A stretch of 64,000 nucleotides of DNA from Catajapyx aquilonaris (GCA_000934665.2 KZ538371.1:1-64000), one strand, 5' to 3'; shown: positions 11,701 through 26,707, numbered from the stretch's first letter. Made by a program: numbers and translations. The notes: generated by a model from the letters alone, not told the origin.

Positions 11701-13441
11701 TGCAGTATGTTTCGCAAGTTGTGGCCCATGCACGGTACGTGACCTATTGGGAGCACTGGCAGGGATTTCTCGGCTAACATTGCAACAAAGTCGTCGGGCC
11801 TCCCGAGTTTGGCTACGAGCAGTCTTGGATCGACCTCGTGAGGGATTCCTTCTCCTTTGAAGTACATGTAGTGATTTTTTTTGAGTATGCGATCCAGTTC
11901 GTGCGAATCTCGGTCCAGATTTTGAAACTGCGGAAGTTGTCTGTATTGGATCCATCTTGTCCTTCGCAAGTGGTTTTCGCTCTATGGTGGTGTCTAGATT
12001 GAAATTTTTGGGTTGGCTAAACCATGAATTTGACGCCGCGAGCAGTTCATTTATGCCTTTTGACGGGACTCTCTTGCCATATATTACTTCGTGGTCCATC
12101 CACGAACTACCGGAAACGAAGCCGCTGCAACCCACTTTCCAAGGCTTGTTGCACTCGGCATGTACTCCAGTTTGTCCGCGAGACATAGACGTAATTCGTC
12201 CTGCGGTTGTCTTTCGTACCCGTGCTCCGCCAGACTTCACTTGAGTACGACGTGATTCTAGAAGAGTGTCACATAATTATATATGGCATCCTAAAATGTC
12301 AAAAACTAATTCGATTAATGGACTCCAAAACAAAAAGATTCAACTTCGCATCGGCAGGAATCTCTTAGCTCATCCCACAATAACACACTTAATTTATAAT
12401 AATTATGCACTCCACAATTTAATGTCAATTTGGAATCAATGGCATTAGAGGTCATGCACCAAATCAAAATTAAACCAATGTTCATGATTGAACCCCCTCT
12501 TTTTGCAATCTATAATGAAATTCCCTGTCTAATGTTGTTTTTTAAATCTGCCATGTCTGGTAGACCCAATTTCGCAGTTAAGTTTTTATGACCTCCACAA
12601 GTACCTGTTGAAAAGTAACTGCTAGGTACAGTAAATAAATAAATAATCTACTGGTTGGCCCTTCGACATTATTTTCTCTCCCGCACATTTTCGACTTGTT
12701 TTGGGCCAATCATTACACTAACGACCAGATTGTAAGATTGTAAGAAATACCTTGAATATACGTACAGGGTGTTTCGTAAAAATACCAACAAATTTCTAGA
12801 GTGAACTCAAGGGTACCAGTGGGTCCGTTTATGAGGCAGTACCGTTTGGTTTCTGAAGCATTGTTACCAAGACAATGGACTGCAAATACATAGTGTAGCA
12901 TAATATCATGGTAGCCTTTCCTCCATGTGGCCTTACCATTCTAGTTTAAATTTTAGGTGTAACTCTGAAACTTTAATTCAAACTGACATCTCATTATGTG
13001 TGCAGGGCAGCTGATGGAGTTGTCGCATGATGCATTAGCCACATACGAGCAGAAAAATGCACTCTTCATTCAGACCAATTATTCCAGTAACAAAGCTTCA
13101 GAACCAAAATTACACCTCCAAACAAAGTGACCCTCTTGCCTACACCTTCATGTCTGACTCCTCAGTGCAACCATCATACCCCTATCTTGTAATTCAAACT
13201 TTCTAAGTGTAAATAGGCTTAAATTACGAGTATAACTCTGTGGATAATTAGAACAATAATTCTTTGACTTACCTACAACACGCTTAGTTGCCTCAGTCAC
13301 TTTCGGTCGGGGAAGACGGGGAGGCAAGCCAGTTGCCATGACTGGATGCCTTGCTTTTCTGATGTTGTACGTTGATAGCCGATTGTACCTACGCAATTCT
13401 TCATAGTTATACAAAATGGGGTCTACTTTCGTGGAATCCAT
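5795..13441 (-). CDS. TTLL9/TTLL1-like tubulin-tyrosine-ligase-family protein with long N-terminal extension and degenerate active site (~1172 aa)
   Basis: Phase-consistent GT-AG exons: 13180-13441, 11109-12257, 10052-10986 (or 10992), 8943-9109, 8765-8843, 8373-8479, 7326-7497, 7122-7250 (donor less certain), 6853-7049, 6633-6752, 5944-6077, 5795-5862. Motifs: LGWRRV..EWNMVW, HFPNNQEL, FVPLTFKLP, WILKP, IQQYIDDPYLL.GQKF.IR.YVLV, YGFDMMID..LKPWLL, and VGRFDLLWNDGPV (TTLL9-like GFDLMWNDGPV). AATAAA follows the stop. Confidence 0.85.
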
Positions 13442-16400
13442 AGCTGGCTCTCTCCTTGAATAATGGCCTATTTTCCCAACAAAATTTTAGTCTCGGGCTG
13501 TCTTCACTAGAAGTAATCAAATTAGTTGCTCCAGGTCGATAAATAGACTCCGTCACCTGAGAAAACAAATATTCCTTACAATTATTAGTGTGTGCAGACT
13601 TCCATGTTGATTGTAGATGGTGGTCAATTTTTGCCAATTTGTCAGTAGAAGTCAAAGGCACTTGCAGTGAGATCAAATATTTAGGAAAAGTGGCCAATTA
13701 TATTGTAGTTTTAAAAATTTATGGTGAGAAAAGCAAGCAGAAAAAAACAGTGCAATTTTACCGGACACGATTATTTTAGATTGATATGTAAGCCTACATA
13801 GGATGTGAATATGCCTTCCTGCAGAAGGAACTTTCAAAGAAACTACGCCGGTTGCATTATTGTGCTGGGAAAAATGGTATAAGCTTAATATGCAAACATA
13901 TCAAACCGGGTTTTAAAACTTTCCTGGGAAACTATAGAGATCACCGAAAGGGTTTACTTTCCAAATGTTCGTTTCCAGAATTGTCTTTTAAGTTTTACCT
14001 GCATCAAAAGGCCCCCTCAAGTCCAGGACTCAAACACTTTTTGCTTGTGACCCCTTAAATTACGAAAGGGAGTGACTAGTGCAACAATGTTCCTAAATCT
14101 GTCATGTGTTGATATGTGGAATCATTACTCTGGGATGTGGAGGCATGTGAACTATATATTGCAGATATATTGTATCTCCTTAGCTTCTGCTCATGATAGT
14201 CTAGTGCAGTATAGTGCTGCATTAGTCGCTCTAGCAGAAATGTATAAATCTCAACAATGCAATGCTTTAAAGGCTCACAATAACACACTCACCTGGACCA
14301 CACACAATCAGCCAAATACCACTGGAAAGCCTAGGTATGGCAAAACCAGCAGTTAGAGGAAAAGAACCTCGCTTCCGTCGCCTGTCGACTGATCTAGGCA
14401 GGATATAAAGAGTAGCTGTTGTAGGCGAGTAGTAGTGAAGACTGTAGAAGAGATCTGGGGAGAAAATATTTTGAAATATTAACGTTTTCCATAATATTAG
14501 TGACCCTTGCGTTCACCAGTTTTTAAAATTCCCACTTCTTTCGCTCACTTTGCGCATGAAATTATCAGTACAGAAATGTAATCCATATAGTCTCTTCGCC
14601 ACAAATTTTCTCCTGCAAGATAGGTAGGGCACAAGCCTTATAGACTATAGTTTCTTATAATAGCAGCAATATGTTAATCGAGATAAAAATGTCAGTTTCC
14701 TCAGCTCTCTTTGCTTGCTATAATGTTGATGAACCCAGCATAATAATTATGTCGAATATCCCAAAATTCTCATCCTACAAGACTGACAGTAGGCTATGCC
14801 CAATTATTTTAGTCCTTACATTCTCACATTTTCCACCTGCACAGTAGCATCACAAAATCCTGGGTGGTGGCTTGTCGAACTACCGGTATTCCGAGAATTC
14901 TTTCCGTCAATGTGTGTTCCATTCTCCAGCCTGTAACATCTCTCACCCTCCCTGTGTGTACCAGGCTCTCGCATTGTGCGATGTCAGTATCTGTCAATAT
15001 ATACTCGGAAAGCACCGGATCGCAAGACAATAGATAATCCGAATGCTTCCAGGTATAAGACTCGCAGTCACGCGCCCAGCTCGAGCCCGAAGAGCAGAGG
15101 CAGGTAGACAGCGATACCATGACAGTACACCCGAGTCCATATGTGCTGGTGAGCAACTTCGACGCTACTGTCAGCTGCTAACTATCCTCGCCAGTTTCGT
15201 AAGCATCCATATCCGTTCAATTTCTCCGGAACTTTTTCTAGTATTTTGTGTAATCAATTCGAGCCATTTGGAAATACAAATAGGAGTTATATGAGTGAGG
15301 TCACCTGTGGTCAAGTGCGGACAAAGGGATGATGCAAATCATCATGACTGCTGTGCACTCGGTTTAGGTCCTACTAGTAGGCCCTATATACGTTCCTGAC
15401 TCAATTATGGCACCCAGATTGAGAGCCAAGGTGAAATACGTGCGTCCTCATGGAATCGGCACGATACTTTTTCCGAAGGTGCCAACACAGGAGAGAACGC
15501 GAAATTTCCTCTTACATCACGGGCGGAACCGCGGGTAATTCAGTCGGTTCAGTGGAACCACGCAAGGACCCCGTAAAGAAAGTAATGCAAAACTTGCAAA
15601 TAAAATTAGGAGAAATGCCGAGCTTTCTGCAGGGAACGAGGGTGCGGCATTTTCGAACTCCGGCTGCGAGACGCCATATCTCTACACGAAATGTTCAACA
15701 AAATTTCCTTAACATGATGCAATTTACCTTACGGTGTTCCGCGTGCACGAATCGTGTTAATTTTTATACAAAATAAGTGTTTTTTTTTCTGATATCTAAT
15801 ATTTCTTCCCATGACGATAACCCGCTCAATGCAGTTGACACCAATTTATGGGTTTTTGAGCTAGAAGTATTTTGCAAATATGTTCCAGAAACACATACTG
15901 TACTCCGTCATACACTGCCACCTGACGGCACACTTCTTAGGAAAAGCTTATATCTTCGTCCGCTACGGAGCGTGCAGTGCTCACGGTGCTCACCACTTCT
16001 TGGCTGCTGATAATGCAAGACTGTGTCGAAAGAGAGAGCCATTGTTCTTAAGGCACATAGTTCAAAACCACAGGCTTCGTTACGATTTTACAGAATAGGA
16101 TCACAAACCATGTTCTGGTAAAATTACACCTGCTGAGAAGCATTGAAAAATTAATTGTCGAGACAAACATGAGTAACGGTACCACTGAGAAAATTACGCC
16201 ACGAAGTAAATTATTGATGATAAGAATTAGCTTATTCTATCAAATTTAACTCATACAAAAGTCGCTGTTGAGATCATACACGGAAACACATGTCCATGGC
16301 ATGATCAAAACCTCTCTCTAATAATTCCAGGGTGCGAGTAATAAGCGCCGCAAGAATTACTCCTGATAAATAGCCTTTGCAGTAAATGAAGGCCACATGA

Positions 16401-19400
16401 TTTATCTGAGAGTATATGTTCGGCGCCAGTTAGTTCAGTAAATTTCGGTCCAATGACTTCACACAACAGAAACAGGATGTAAGCGGGCACATTGTGGAGG
16501 AATGACAAATTCTAGAATACTTTCGCCGCCTTCCAAAGACACCAATAATGTGTCAATGCCAAAAATGAATATTACCTCACTTTATAATAATTCTGTATAG
16601 GGATGAGTTATTAGTCGTGAAATCAAATTCTAGTCACGAAACCAAATGTAGATCGGTCACGGTGCCCCCCATTTTTGGGACTTTTGACGTGCCCACGCTG
16701 CAGAGTAACTTCATTTTTTTTCTACACGACTAGATTTAGTTCAGAGAGCCTCTTGCTCAAGTGTCACACATCTGATTGGTTGAGGAGCCCACAGTCTAAA
16801 TTACCCCTTCCACCCCACCCAATAACCTATTTTATACTGATTCACGCAGTACAGTGCAATAAAGCAGGTCATGGCTAATTTATAATTTCACTTTTATTAG
16901 CCCGTACCCACTCCGCATGCAATAGCTTTTCAGGTAAGTCAGGTCGTGATCTTGTGGCATCGTTGTTTCCACAGTAGCCGAGTCTCCCTCATGTTACTTT
17001 GTTTGGCATCAATCGCAACGTACCGTTACTAGGCTGGTGAAATAAGTGGAAAACCACTGTGAAGGCGTAAAATTGAAAACAATAATAGTCAGAAGTAAAC
17101 ATCGCAATTATAGTTTGTACCGTCGTGTCAGCACTCACGTGACCGACTACACCCAGTACAGAAATTGTTTCTTGTTTATCCGTGTCATACTTGTCATCGC
17201 CCTACACCTACTTTTTTTTTCTCACAACAGAACCGTAACTGTGCCTAGAATCTTTCTCAGACACTGCCTCCCCCACCGTAAATAACAACAAACACCTCAG
17301 ATTAGCTGCGATGAGAAGGGGCCGCTTCAGAAAAATGACATTGATGACATGGTGCCAGACTCCCATGACATGCTTATTCGCCAAAAAAAATATGCCAAAT
17401 CATTGCTCCAACATCTTGAACACCATACAACCGGCAATAAACGAAACTCCAAACACAAAGCAGGTTAGCCAATCCCGGATCTAGATACCCATCAAAGATA
17501 TCACGTAAATCGCACCCATATCAAAATGTGTAACCAGCTATAAAAGTTGAGAGCAATAAAGCTAGGAAGTGAAGTTGACTGAAGAGAAACTGTCATCCGC
17601 AAGAAAAGCTTGGGGGGCCCCGCGAATTACTCCCATGCGACAAAAGTGTGGTGAGAGAGCTGCCTGACCCACTCCAAGCTTCTTCTTCTTAGAAAGCGGA
17701 TGCTGACCACTTCCTCTCCCCCTCTCCTGCCCCATCCATACCCTATTTTTTTTTTTTTCGAGACCCACGCTCCTCATCAACAAGAGCTGGTTTTATGTGC
17801 AAAGGGAGAGGCTTCAGCGAGTCTTCTTTGCCACTTTTGCAAAGCCAGCCAGCCCAGCTTTCTCTTCTTTTTGTCCAAGCTCAAAGTAGGTGTGGGACAT
17901 GGACAGGGAGGAGGGAAATGGACATAATCACTCGTAATCATCTGCTTGGCGCCTCAATTGGCGAATGTGCCAGGAAAAAGTGTGTGAACTTTTTATTTTA
18001 TTTTCGATAACAGTGCTTGAAGAATGGAAAATAATTCGTGGATCTTTCTAAACGTATTTGCCTACATTGTTGATACATCCAATGTAACTTCACTATGATA
18101 TTTATGCAAATATTGCGTTGAACGAAAACTCATTTCTACGCACTGATAACAATAAAAAATTTTCCTCTGATTGTTCCGTGGAAGAGCATGCGCCAACCTC
18201 CCCTTTGATGCCCATTTTGCACGCCATGGTTATGCGAAATGCACAACTCGCATGTACGATCCCAATGACTCCATACGTTATTAACACTGTACAAAACGCG
18301 TTATTTTTTCCGCAAGCCCACTACCAAATGCTGTAAAATCCGCAAAAAAAAAAGGGTCGACACTGTCCTTGACCCAACAGCGGAACACTTGTCTGCGTCG
18401 TTTTAATGAGCCCCCCAGAACAAGGACCGCGCTGTGCTCCTCACAGACACCAAGTCAAGCTACGTACACTTGCGCGCCACATGTCGAGTACACCGCAAAA
18501 AAAAGGTCCTCAAATGAATTTTCCTGGTTACGGTCACCGATCCAGCAGCCCAAATCACTTTACCTTGGAAATTGCAAGAAAAGCCATTGTCGCAGGAACA
18601 GAATTGACACACCCTCGTCATACATTGATGCATGTTGCGTCACCATACATCCGCAGGAACAATGGTGCACAAAAATGGTGTCCAGTGGGGGTACGTAAGG
18701 ATCGTGCTCTCGTTTCTCTCATGTGGTAGCAGCATGAGAGAAAGCGAGGGATGGATGAGAAGTAAGCGGTCCAGCTGCAACCGACGTGAGGGTAATTACA
18801 TTGTCGCCATTTATCTGTTCCGCTCATCGGCGACTACTACTTGAGAAATGTTGTTCACGCAGCGGGGGAGGGGCTGGTTCACATCATTAAGAACACCGCA
18901 CTGGTTGATGATGACCGCGTAGGGAGGTAGTAGTCTCGGCATAGTTTTTCGCCATGTTTCGTATCCAGGAGCGACGATCGCGGGTGAATGTGGGCAATTA
19001 TAAGTTGCAGGCCCTCGCGTAATATGTACAGTCGCCAGCAAAAAGATTGGGACGGATCACTGCAGAATTCGCGACAGATAAACAAAGATGGCACTGTTTT
19101 ACCATCACATCAGCAGCCTGGTACCATCTGTCCTGCAAAAAAATCTAAATGTGTTTGATGAGCAAACTGGTGTAAACCTTATCTCATCATTTCATTTATG
19201 GTGCGTAAAGGAGCACCATAAATTATTTTGGCTCATTTAGTAACGAGCAAAAAATTTGCTTGAAGCAGACTCTAATGGCAAATAAGGTACCCAGAAGTCA
19301 GACCCAGACGACAGAAATGAATCTTGGATATGGAAAATATGCAAGGCCAGTATTGTTTCGGATCCTCAACAATTTGTAGAACAATGCTTTGCGCAGAGCA

Positions 19401-22400
19401 GCAACATGTTTTCTTCAAACAGACATACCTTCGATCCTTATAACTCCAGGAAATAACCCCCGTTGTAGAGCCATACCGTACTGTACCTGCACCTTTTTTT
19501 GACTCGCAATTATTCTCATATCTTCAAAAGCAATAGCAATTATGTACATTTGTTCCACGTATTAGAGCAATAACGGTCTAGATCATTGTTCTCAATCTTA
19601 GCAAAAGAATTCCAATTATTACACTTCCAGGTAGGCAACCGTGCGTCACTAACTGCATTTAATTATCGCTAAAAAAGATTGACTAGCCCCTAGTAAAAAT
19701 CTGAAATATAGACAAACACACGATTTAACATAGCCGACATACTAACCTGAAGCAATGACCAAATGGTACGTCAAAAAGCTATGCATCTTTGCCCCTTTCA
19801 TATTTTCAGATATATTCTTTTCGTCGTCATTTTCCGCTTAGAAATGCCATGCGTAAAAAATGACACTTTGTTGCCTCAGAACGATTTCAGTCAAGCTAAA
19901 GCGCCCATTGTATTTGTTGGTGGGCTCTTGTCACGACAGCTATTTTCACTCGAGCCAATACACAACGAGAATTTCACATAGACACGGACACTCGAAAATA
20001 ATGGGAAAGAAATATGTCGGTTTGAAAAAGTTTGCAAGTACTCTCCCAGCACCTTTACCTGCAACTAAAGCAGACCTGATGACGACACGTGAAACCATAA
20101 GTACATGTAGGCATATATTTTCACCACTGACTTATTGCCAGGATTTACATAATTTCTAATCATCAGTCCTGCATTCCGACACCCCTCCTTTTGCGGTATG
20201 ACGTCCGTTATTCCCTGGCGTGATGTAGGCGGTCGTCCGACGTCGTACCCTTCGATAATTACCACTCGGGGTTGTCAGCTTGACCACAACTTTCCTCCAA
20301 GAGGTCACTATCGCTCCCATTGAGGTATCAGTGGTGGAAATTTTCCGGCTTTTTATGGGGTGAACGCCTGGTCGGTCTGTCCGATGGAAAGCAGTTGAAA
20401 AACTTTCTTTTCCGTTATTCACCTCGACTCGAACAGGCGAAGAGATGCTGGAGAAACTAAAGGTCAATGCTGGACCATATCGCACATTCCTGCCTCCACC
20501 ATTATTAGTCCTCATTCGAGGGGACGGACCAATCAGACTCGACAATTTGCTCCGAAAATTTGGCTGTCAACTTATTGTTGGAGGTGACAGGAAGCGGTTT
20601 TTATGGTGGCACCCCCATTTTTTTCCCCCCACCCTAAAAATAGCCATGTTATACAATGGCCGTACTGTGCAACTTCTGCAAACTGGGGCTTTCTACAAGT
20701 CATGCCTCTCTATTTGAACGGAGTTCAATTTACCGGTATGGCCATAGCGCGGAAAAAAAAATAATTCCATGTGATACACTGGATCCGTTCTTCCTCTCAG
20801 GAAGCAGAAATTTCTCCGTGGATTGGTAGGAAATGGCGTGATTGGCCTAGAAAACCCGTGGCCATTGCCCATGAATCATTCGGAAAGGGTTAGCAGGGCG
20901 GAAAATAATTATTCTTCGCCATGACTGATAGACCACACCTTATCACACTGGTTTGCAAATCGTGTCCCTCTTTTTTCTCTCTCTCTCTCTCTTATTCGCT
21001 TTATGATTATATTGGAAGAATCGCATTTCGCATGTCCTGGAGGGGAAAGTGAATTGGTCTGCATTGTTCGAAACCTACTTCCTGTGCGGTCACGCACTGC
21101 CGCGTATTCGGACTGACGCATGGTATATCTCGACAAGATGTACTTACAGTGTTTCACCTACATCTCATTTCCCCCCCGAATCATAACCAGCGATGCAAAG
21201 AGGCACAAAATGCAGTATTGTGTTGCGTTGTACTTGACATAACTCGAAACTATAGTGGGGGTCACGAGGTTCTAGAATCACACGAAAGTCACGCCTGACC
21301 TGATCTTGTTAATAAGAGATTTTTTAAAAAACAACCATTCGAAGACCCCCGGGACGCCATGCTGGGGATGGCATAATGCGTGTAATGTGGGCATTTCGCA
21401 ATAACCGGATTTGTGGGAACAGAGAGAGAAAGGCAACAATCCACGCGTATCTACATAATGATTTAAGTGGCTTCCAATTAAGTACATTATTTTGTGCTGT
21501 AGAGATATATGCGCCCATTGTTGCTTCTGAGATGTTTTCACATGAAACAGGTAAATCGACTTACCTGGTTATTGCGTCAAATGATTGAAGACCAACAATT
21601 ATGAAGCAAGATGGCATAGTTACATCAGCAAATTAATTATACCTACTAAGGTAAAAGCAGACGATGCCCTACTTCGGATTTTTTATACAAAAATTTGACA
21701 ACTTTTCCTATAGCAGCACATAAACATCAGCCACACTCTCAAATCATATGTGTATATTACACACTACAACCGCAATAAAGTATCAGTGTGGGTGACCTAT
21801 CCCCATGAGGGAAAATGTGTGGTTTACATGTCAGTTGTCGTAATGGCCGTTGGTAATATATCGTGGGCATACAAAAGAAACCCCCTAAATCCAATTTTGG
21901 TGGTTTTGAGTTTTTTTTAAATATCCTCGCTTTTCCCTGCTATATCGCGTATTTAAAGCCATTTAGTCCAATTCCCAATGAGCCAGCAAGCCAGATTTTC
22001 TGTATTCACTAGCAAGTATAGTCTACAAATCGTTGACTTGGACTATCTCGAAACTGGGTTTTTGGACTTCGAGTGGGTTTCTCTTGTAAGCCCACGTTAT
22101 ACTCTGTAACTTCACAATTACTACGCTACACTAGGCATATAATGATTGTACCGTATGCGAGAAACGGGAGTAAATACATGACTACCTTTTGAACATCCAC
22201 TAATGGATGAACCTTAAAAATGCACTTCTTCTCCTCAAGCCGCACAAATTGCCCTGTACTTACCATTTCTCAAAAGTGCATAATGGTACCGTACTGTACA
22301 AACTGAAGTTGCACCGCAAAACCGGATTTGCCGTCCTAAAAATCCTTACGGGTGTTTCAAAGCGAAGTTTCCCAAATTTTTGTTAATAGTATTTGACTTT

Positions 22401-25155
22401 GATCAGGTCATGCTTGCCTAATTTAGCAGCGTCGAGATGAATTCGACCGGAATCGTGGTGTCATTCTATATATTGTTCCCTCTCCACCAAGGCCGTTCAG
22501 ATGCAATCAACTAACAATTCATTGTCCTATTCGGCGTCACCCTATGACTTCTGGTCCTCATATCGCACGCATTCCATACGGATTGTAAAAATCAATCATG
22601 CGTGGTATAAGCACATTAACACTTTCACAAAGGTGCAAAGGCAGATTAGCCACTATGAAGTTGATGGAAGTGTCAAACACGCGATTCAAGATTACCTTTA
22701 CTTGGCTGACAGTAATCCCTGTAATGGCACGTAACTATATTGATTCGTATATCCAACAGCATGATACGCACTTTGCAAAAGAGGAATTTGAAATATCTTG
22801 CAATCATGGGGAGGTATGTGCCTCAAGGTGAGATCCTTTTTTTTTTCAAAAATTGTCGTCATTGAGAGATGGCCTACTTTAACATGTGTATTGAGGTTTC
22901 AGTGTATTCGACACGGTGGTGTAAAAGCAAATCATTCTTCTTATTGATATCCTTCCGTCCATAAAGGCTTTCAGGGCAGATGTCAGGCAAGTATTTCTCG
23001 TGTCCTAGAGCTTTCCAAATCCGCGGAATTTCGTGATTATTCCCAATTCGATCGTAACTATCAGCTAGACTGCACATTGGCTACTCTTCGTGGGTTGTGG
23101 CAATTTTTTTACGATGTAACCGCCCATACTCTCAACAAACCAAATAAACGAGCAATAATTACTTTCATATATCAAAGTGAATGCCGCCTGAACCGTCAAT
23201 TAACACTTGAACTTTTGAAAGTTTTAAGTGAACTTCAAGTTTAAAAAGGCGATACCGGTATGTCAGGCCGTATTATTGCCAAAACATATCATCAATTGGC
23301 TACGCTGTATTAGAAAAAGTTTGGCAATTAATATAAATTCGCAAACATTTAATGGACACAGATTCTTCAGACATAAAAATGACATGAAAAATTGGAACAG
23401 CTCTGCAGTTTAGTTTCCTGTGAAGCTAGTCTTACTGGAATTGGGAATCGTTGCTTTCACACAATAAAAGCCACTGACCAGATACTTTGATCCTATTCCC
23501 CTAACCCCCCCGTGGAGCACTGGAAATAATGGAACATGTTCTATGGCATACTGAGAGTGGAGGCAAACATGCGAAGCTAGGCTAACCGGTGAAAAGTCAA
23601 GAGTCCCCATTCTTGATTTAACAATTTTGAAAACTGCGGCCTTGGCAGGGCCGACTTTCCTCCTAGAGCGCAACAATAGATGGGAATTTCTGGTGTCCTT
23701 TTAATCTTGTGGTCAGCTACAGATAGCGTGAAGGGTGATGTTCCATGGGAAGTCGTGTGGATACCGCCGCAATTTTCATCTAGGATGGTCTACAAGAGCC
23801 TCCTTTCACCGAGACCACCACAGGACACCCTTTTTTTCTTCTCCCTGCCCTTTTAGAAATAGTATAAGCACACTGGTGCGCTTGTTCACTCGATTTAACA
23901 ATAGGAGGTTGGTTAGCTACAAGTGGAGCAAGTCGCTCCATTTCCTCCAGCAAGAACGGGGGACTGTATATTCTCCATACATATTTCCCATACACGCGAC
24001 CAATAATATATTGACCCCTATCGGCATCTGTGTTACCTCGTTACTGTTAGAAAATTTCTAACAGAACTTTAAGTTTTCTTAACGGGAATAAGCGATGTTT
24101 TCAGTTTCTCTCGTCTAAGATGATGCATTAGAGTCAGCGTCCAGGAAGACTGAAATGTTCGACAAATCATGTGACAAGTCGTGTTGTCAAATCCTGCATG
24201 GATCACCATGGGGTGAAACCTGCTGGCGAAAGTGCTTTCTTTAGAGCAGAAGACACCGGTCAGCGAAAATTCAGAATAGCAAAAAAAGATGCACTATATA
24301 GGGGGACAAAAATAGGTCAAACCATAGTCTTGCTTTCTACAAACTAGTTTATTCCTTTCTTTCCTTGTCATCATCACAAGAGGTTTGGAAACCTCCCTAA
24401 CCTGAATTGACAGCTAGGGCAGACTGCAACAAACGATCTAACTCCTCCTTGAGCGTGATACCAGGCGTAACAAAAGTTCCCATATCAAACTTCTTTTTTT
24501 ATAATGTTCATATGACAAGCTACGGAAGTTGGTTGGCAGCCACGAAACCATTTTATTAGCCGCTGATTGGGGTGAAGAATCTGCCCAAGTTCCCATCATT
24601 ATAATGTTACTGGGAAAGGCAGGAAGCGCAGAGTGCAAGGTCTTCTCACGTGCGGACAGGGCAAATCTGATCGCCAAATCAGGGTCCTTGCAGGTGATGT
24701 GCAATCAGATCCTACTATTAACGGCAATAAGTTATTGCACTCTGGTCTCATATAGGTCGAGGACCACCGGGACATTGAAGATCGGATTGTATTGAGTTAA
24801 AAAACTGTTTCTACAAAGTTCGATAAACGGTTCATTGCGGAATTTCTACTGGTCCACTGCATTGCCACTGAAGGACATGTACCGTCACACTATACCATAA
24901 AAATGGGAGTCTTAATTCTTGGTTTCCTGCCCCTTAAAATGTGTGCCATCATTGCTTGACCTGATAAGGTTTCGATACAGCCAGTATCAACAGAAAAAGA
25001 CACGGACTGCCGCCCATGGCATTGCCAACGCGACCTTTCTCCAGTTACCGCCGAAACCAGTTTGGCGTAACGGCCTCTACTTTGGCGACTACAGCTTCTC
25101 ACAGTTATATCCACATAACCACACCTACCCCGAAAGCTCCGGTCCAAAAAAAAAA

Positions 25156-25240
25156 ATGCGACGTACGTGGACTTGTTCCGGACTTGAATGCAATAATTAC
25201 CAACATCTTGGTTCGCCCCGGGGCGTGACTTTTGTTAGAT
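25156..25240 (+). pseudogene. THAP N-terminal fragment
   Basis: MRRTWTCSGLECNNYQHLGSPRGVTFVR matches the CxxxxCxN...GVTF start of THAP domains. The C-terminal W/CxxHF part was not found. Confidence 0.35.
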
Positions 25241-26142
25241 ATGCTCGGACGTGTTGTATATGTCAAGATGGTGATGACAACGACCTGCGGACAGGGACGT
25301 TGATTCCGGTTGGGGTCAAATGTCACGTGTAGATCGGGTTAGTGCAAAACAGGTTCCAGACAAGTCTTATCGTCGAGCTACTTCATTTTGCAGCGACCAA
25401 GACGAAATGTGATGATTTAATTTGGCCGCGATGTCAATTCCCGGGGCAGAACAACAATCTCGTTTCCACGAAGAGGTCATGACCCGCATGCAATGAAATG
25501 TAACCTCGATTATGTATGCAGTGCACAAAGTGCATTACAAGCGTGAGGCTCTCACATTATAACGACACAAAGGTAGACACGTCGCGTCGCTCAGACTTAT
25601 GAATAGTCCAGGGTTTTTGTTTGTTTGTTTGTTTGTAATATGACGCGTAAAATACAGTGTAAATAAAGCCATAATTTAATGCAAATAATGTCACGGCAAA
25701 GGACGACTAATAAATTTAACTCATTCACTCAGGTATCCCCGAGGTGCATGCGGAAGTTCGTCATCAGTATATTACCACACAGCTTCATTATATGTTTAAT
25801 TGGCAAGCATATGGCTGCATCCTCAACTCTATCTAAGAAATTAATTTAATGACGTTCGCAGGCCACTGATTACATATTACATCCGACAGCCGCATATGCC
25901 ATATTATTAGACGGTGTTTATCAGGACGCAAAATCAGTGGTGCACATAAGTACGTGAAACACAAAAAGTTCCATTTTAGAAAGCACGTCGCTGTCCGCCC
26001 AAAAAATTCTCACCCCCGCTATTTTATTCCCAGCCCACAAGATTATTCACCTTGTGGTCATCGAATCGAGACTTCAAAATTTGGTGCTTCCGCAATTTTT
26101 TGGGCGACGCGACGTCTCTTCCCCATTTTAATCGCCCCCCCC

Positions 26143-26707
26143 NNNNNNNNNNAAAAAAAAAAAAAACTGGGAGGGTCAGGTGCTCAGATTTTACCGACCT
26201 TCAAAGCTGAGTTAAGGGCCGGTGACGAGATTTTCAAGTTCATGGCCGCCAACATCAACACTATAAAAAACAGTCTTGGCGGTCAAAGCTGTATACTAAG
26301 CGAGTGGCGGTTCGTTGGGAGCGACTAACCCTTACGATGCTATCTGGATAACGGGAATTTGGAAGGTGGGCGGGATGAGGAACCAGTTGCATGGTCAGAG
26401 GCCCCTTCCTGGACTCTTCTTCACATACAGTATGCTTCGTTTTTCTTTAGGACTTTTTTTTTTGCCAGCAATCCATTAACAACATGGTGTGTGACTGCTA
26501 GACTCTCATGCAACATTGGCACGTTATGTAACGCGTTTATTGCCTGTTTCTACGGATCATAGATCCTCATTTCCTGGGCAATGTACAAGTCCATGTACCG
26601 TATTCTCTCCAGTGGTGCTTCACCATTGTTCTCAATTAGCAAAAATGGCGTAACAATGCTGATCAGCATCTAAAACCTTATTGGGGGGGGGGGGGGGNNN
26701 NNNNNNN
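26143..26707. other. Assembly gaps (N runs at 26143-26152 and 26698-26707; also a single N at 29497)
   Basis: N runs sit next to poly-C/poly-G tracts. Confidence 0.95.

Noticed and set aside
13407..13697. 96-aa ORF overlapping the TTLL start
   Set aside because: Different frame, non-ATG start and no recognisable motif; probably UTR.
14824..15200. Cys-rich minus-strand ORF
   Set aside because: An in-frame stop lies just upstream, no family was recognised and no linkable exons were found; needs a homology search.
18400..20550. GC-richer patches with 70-130 aa ORFs and stray splice-like sites
   Set aside because: No consistent exon chain or recognisable domain in any frame.
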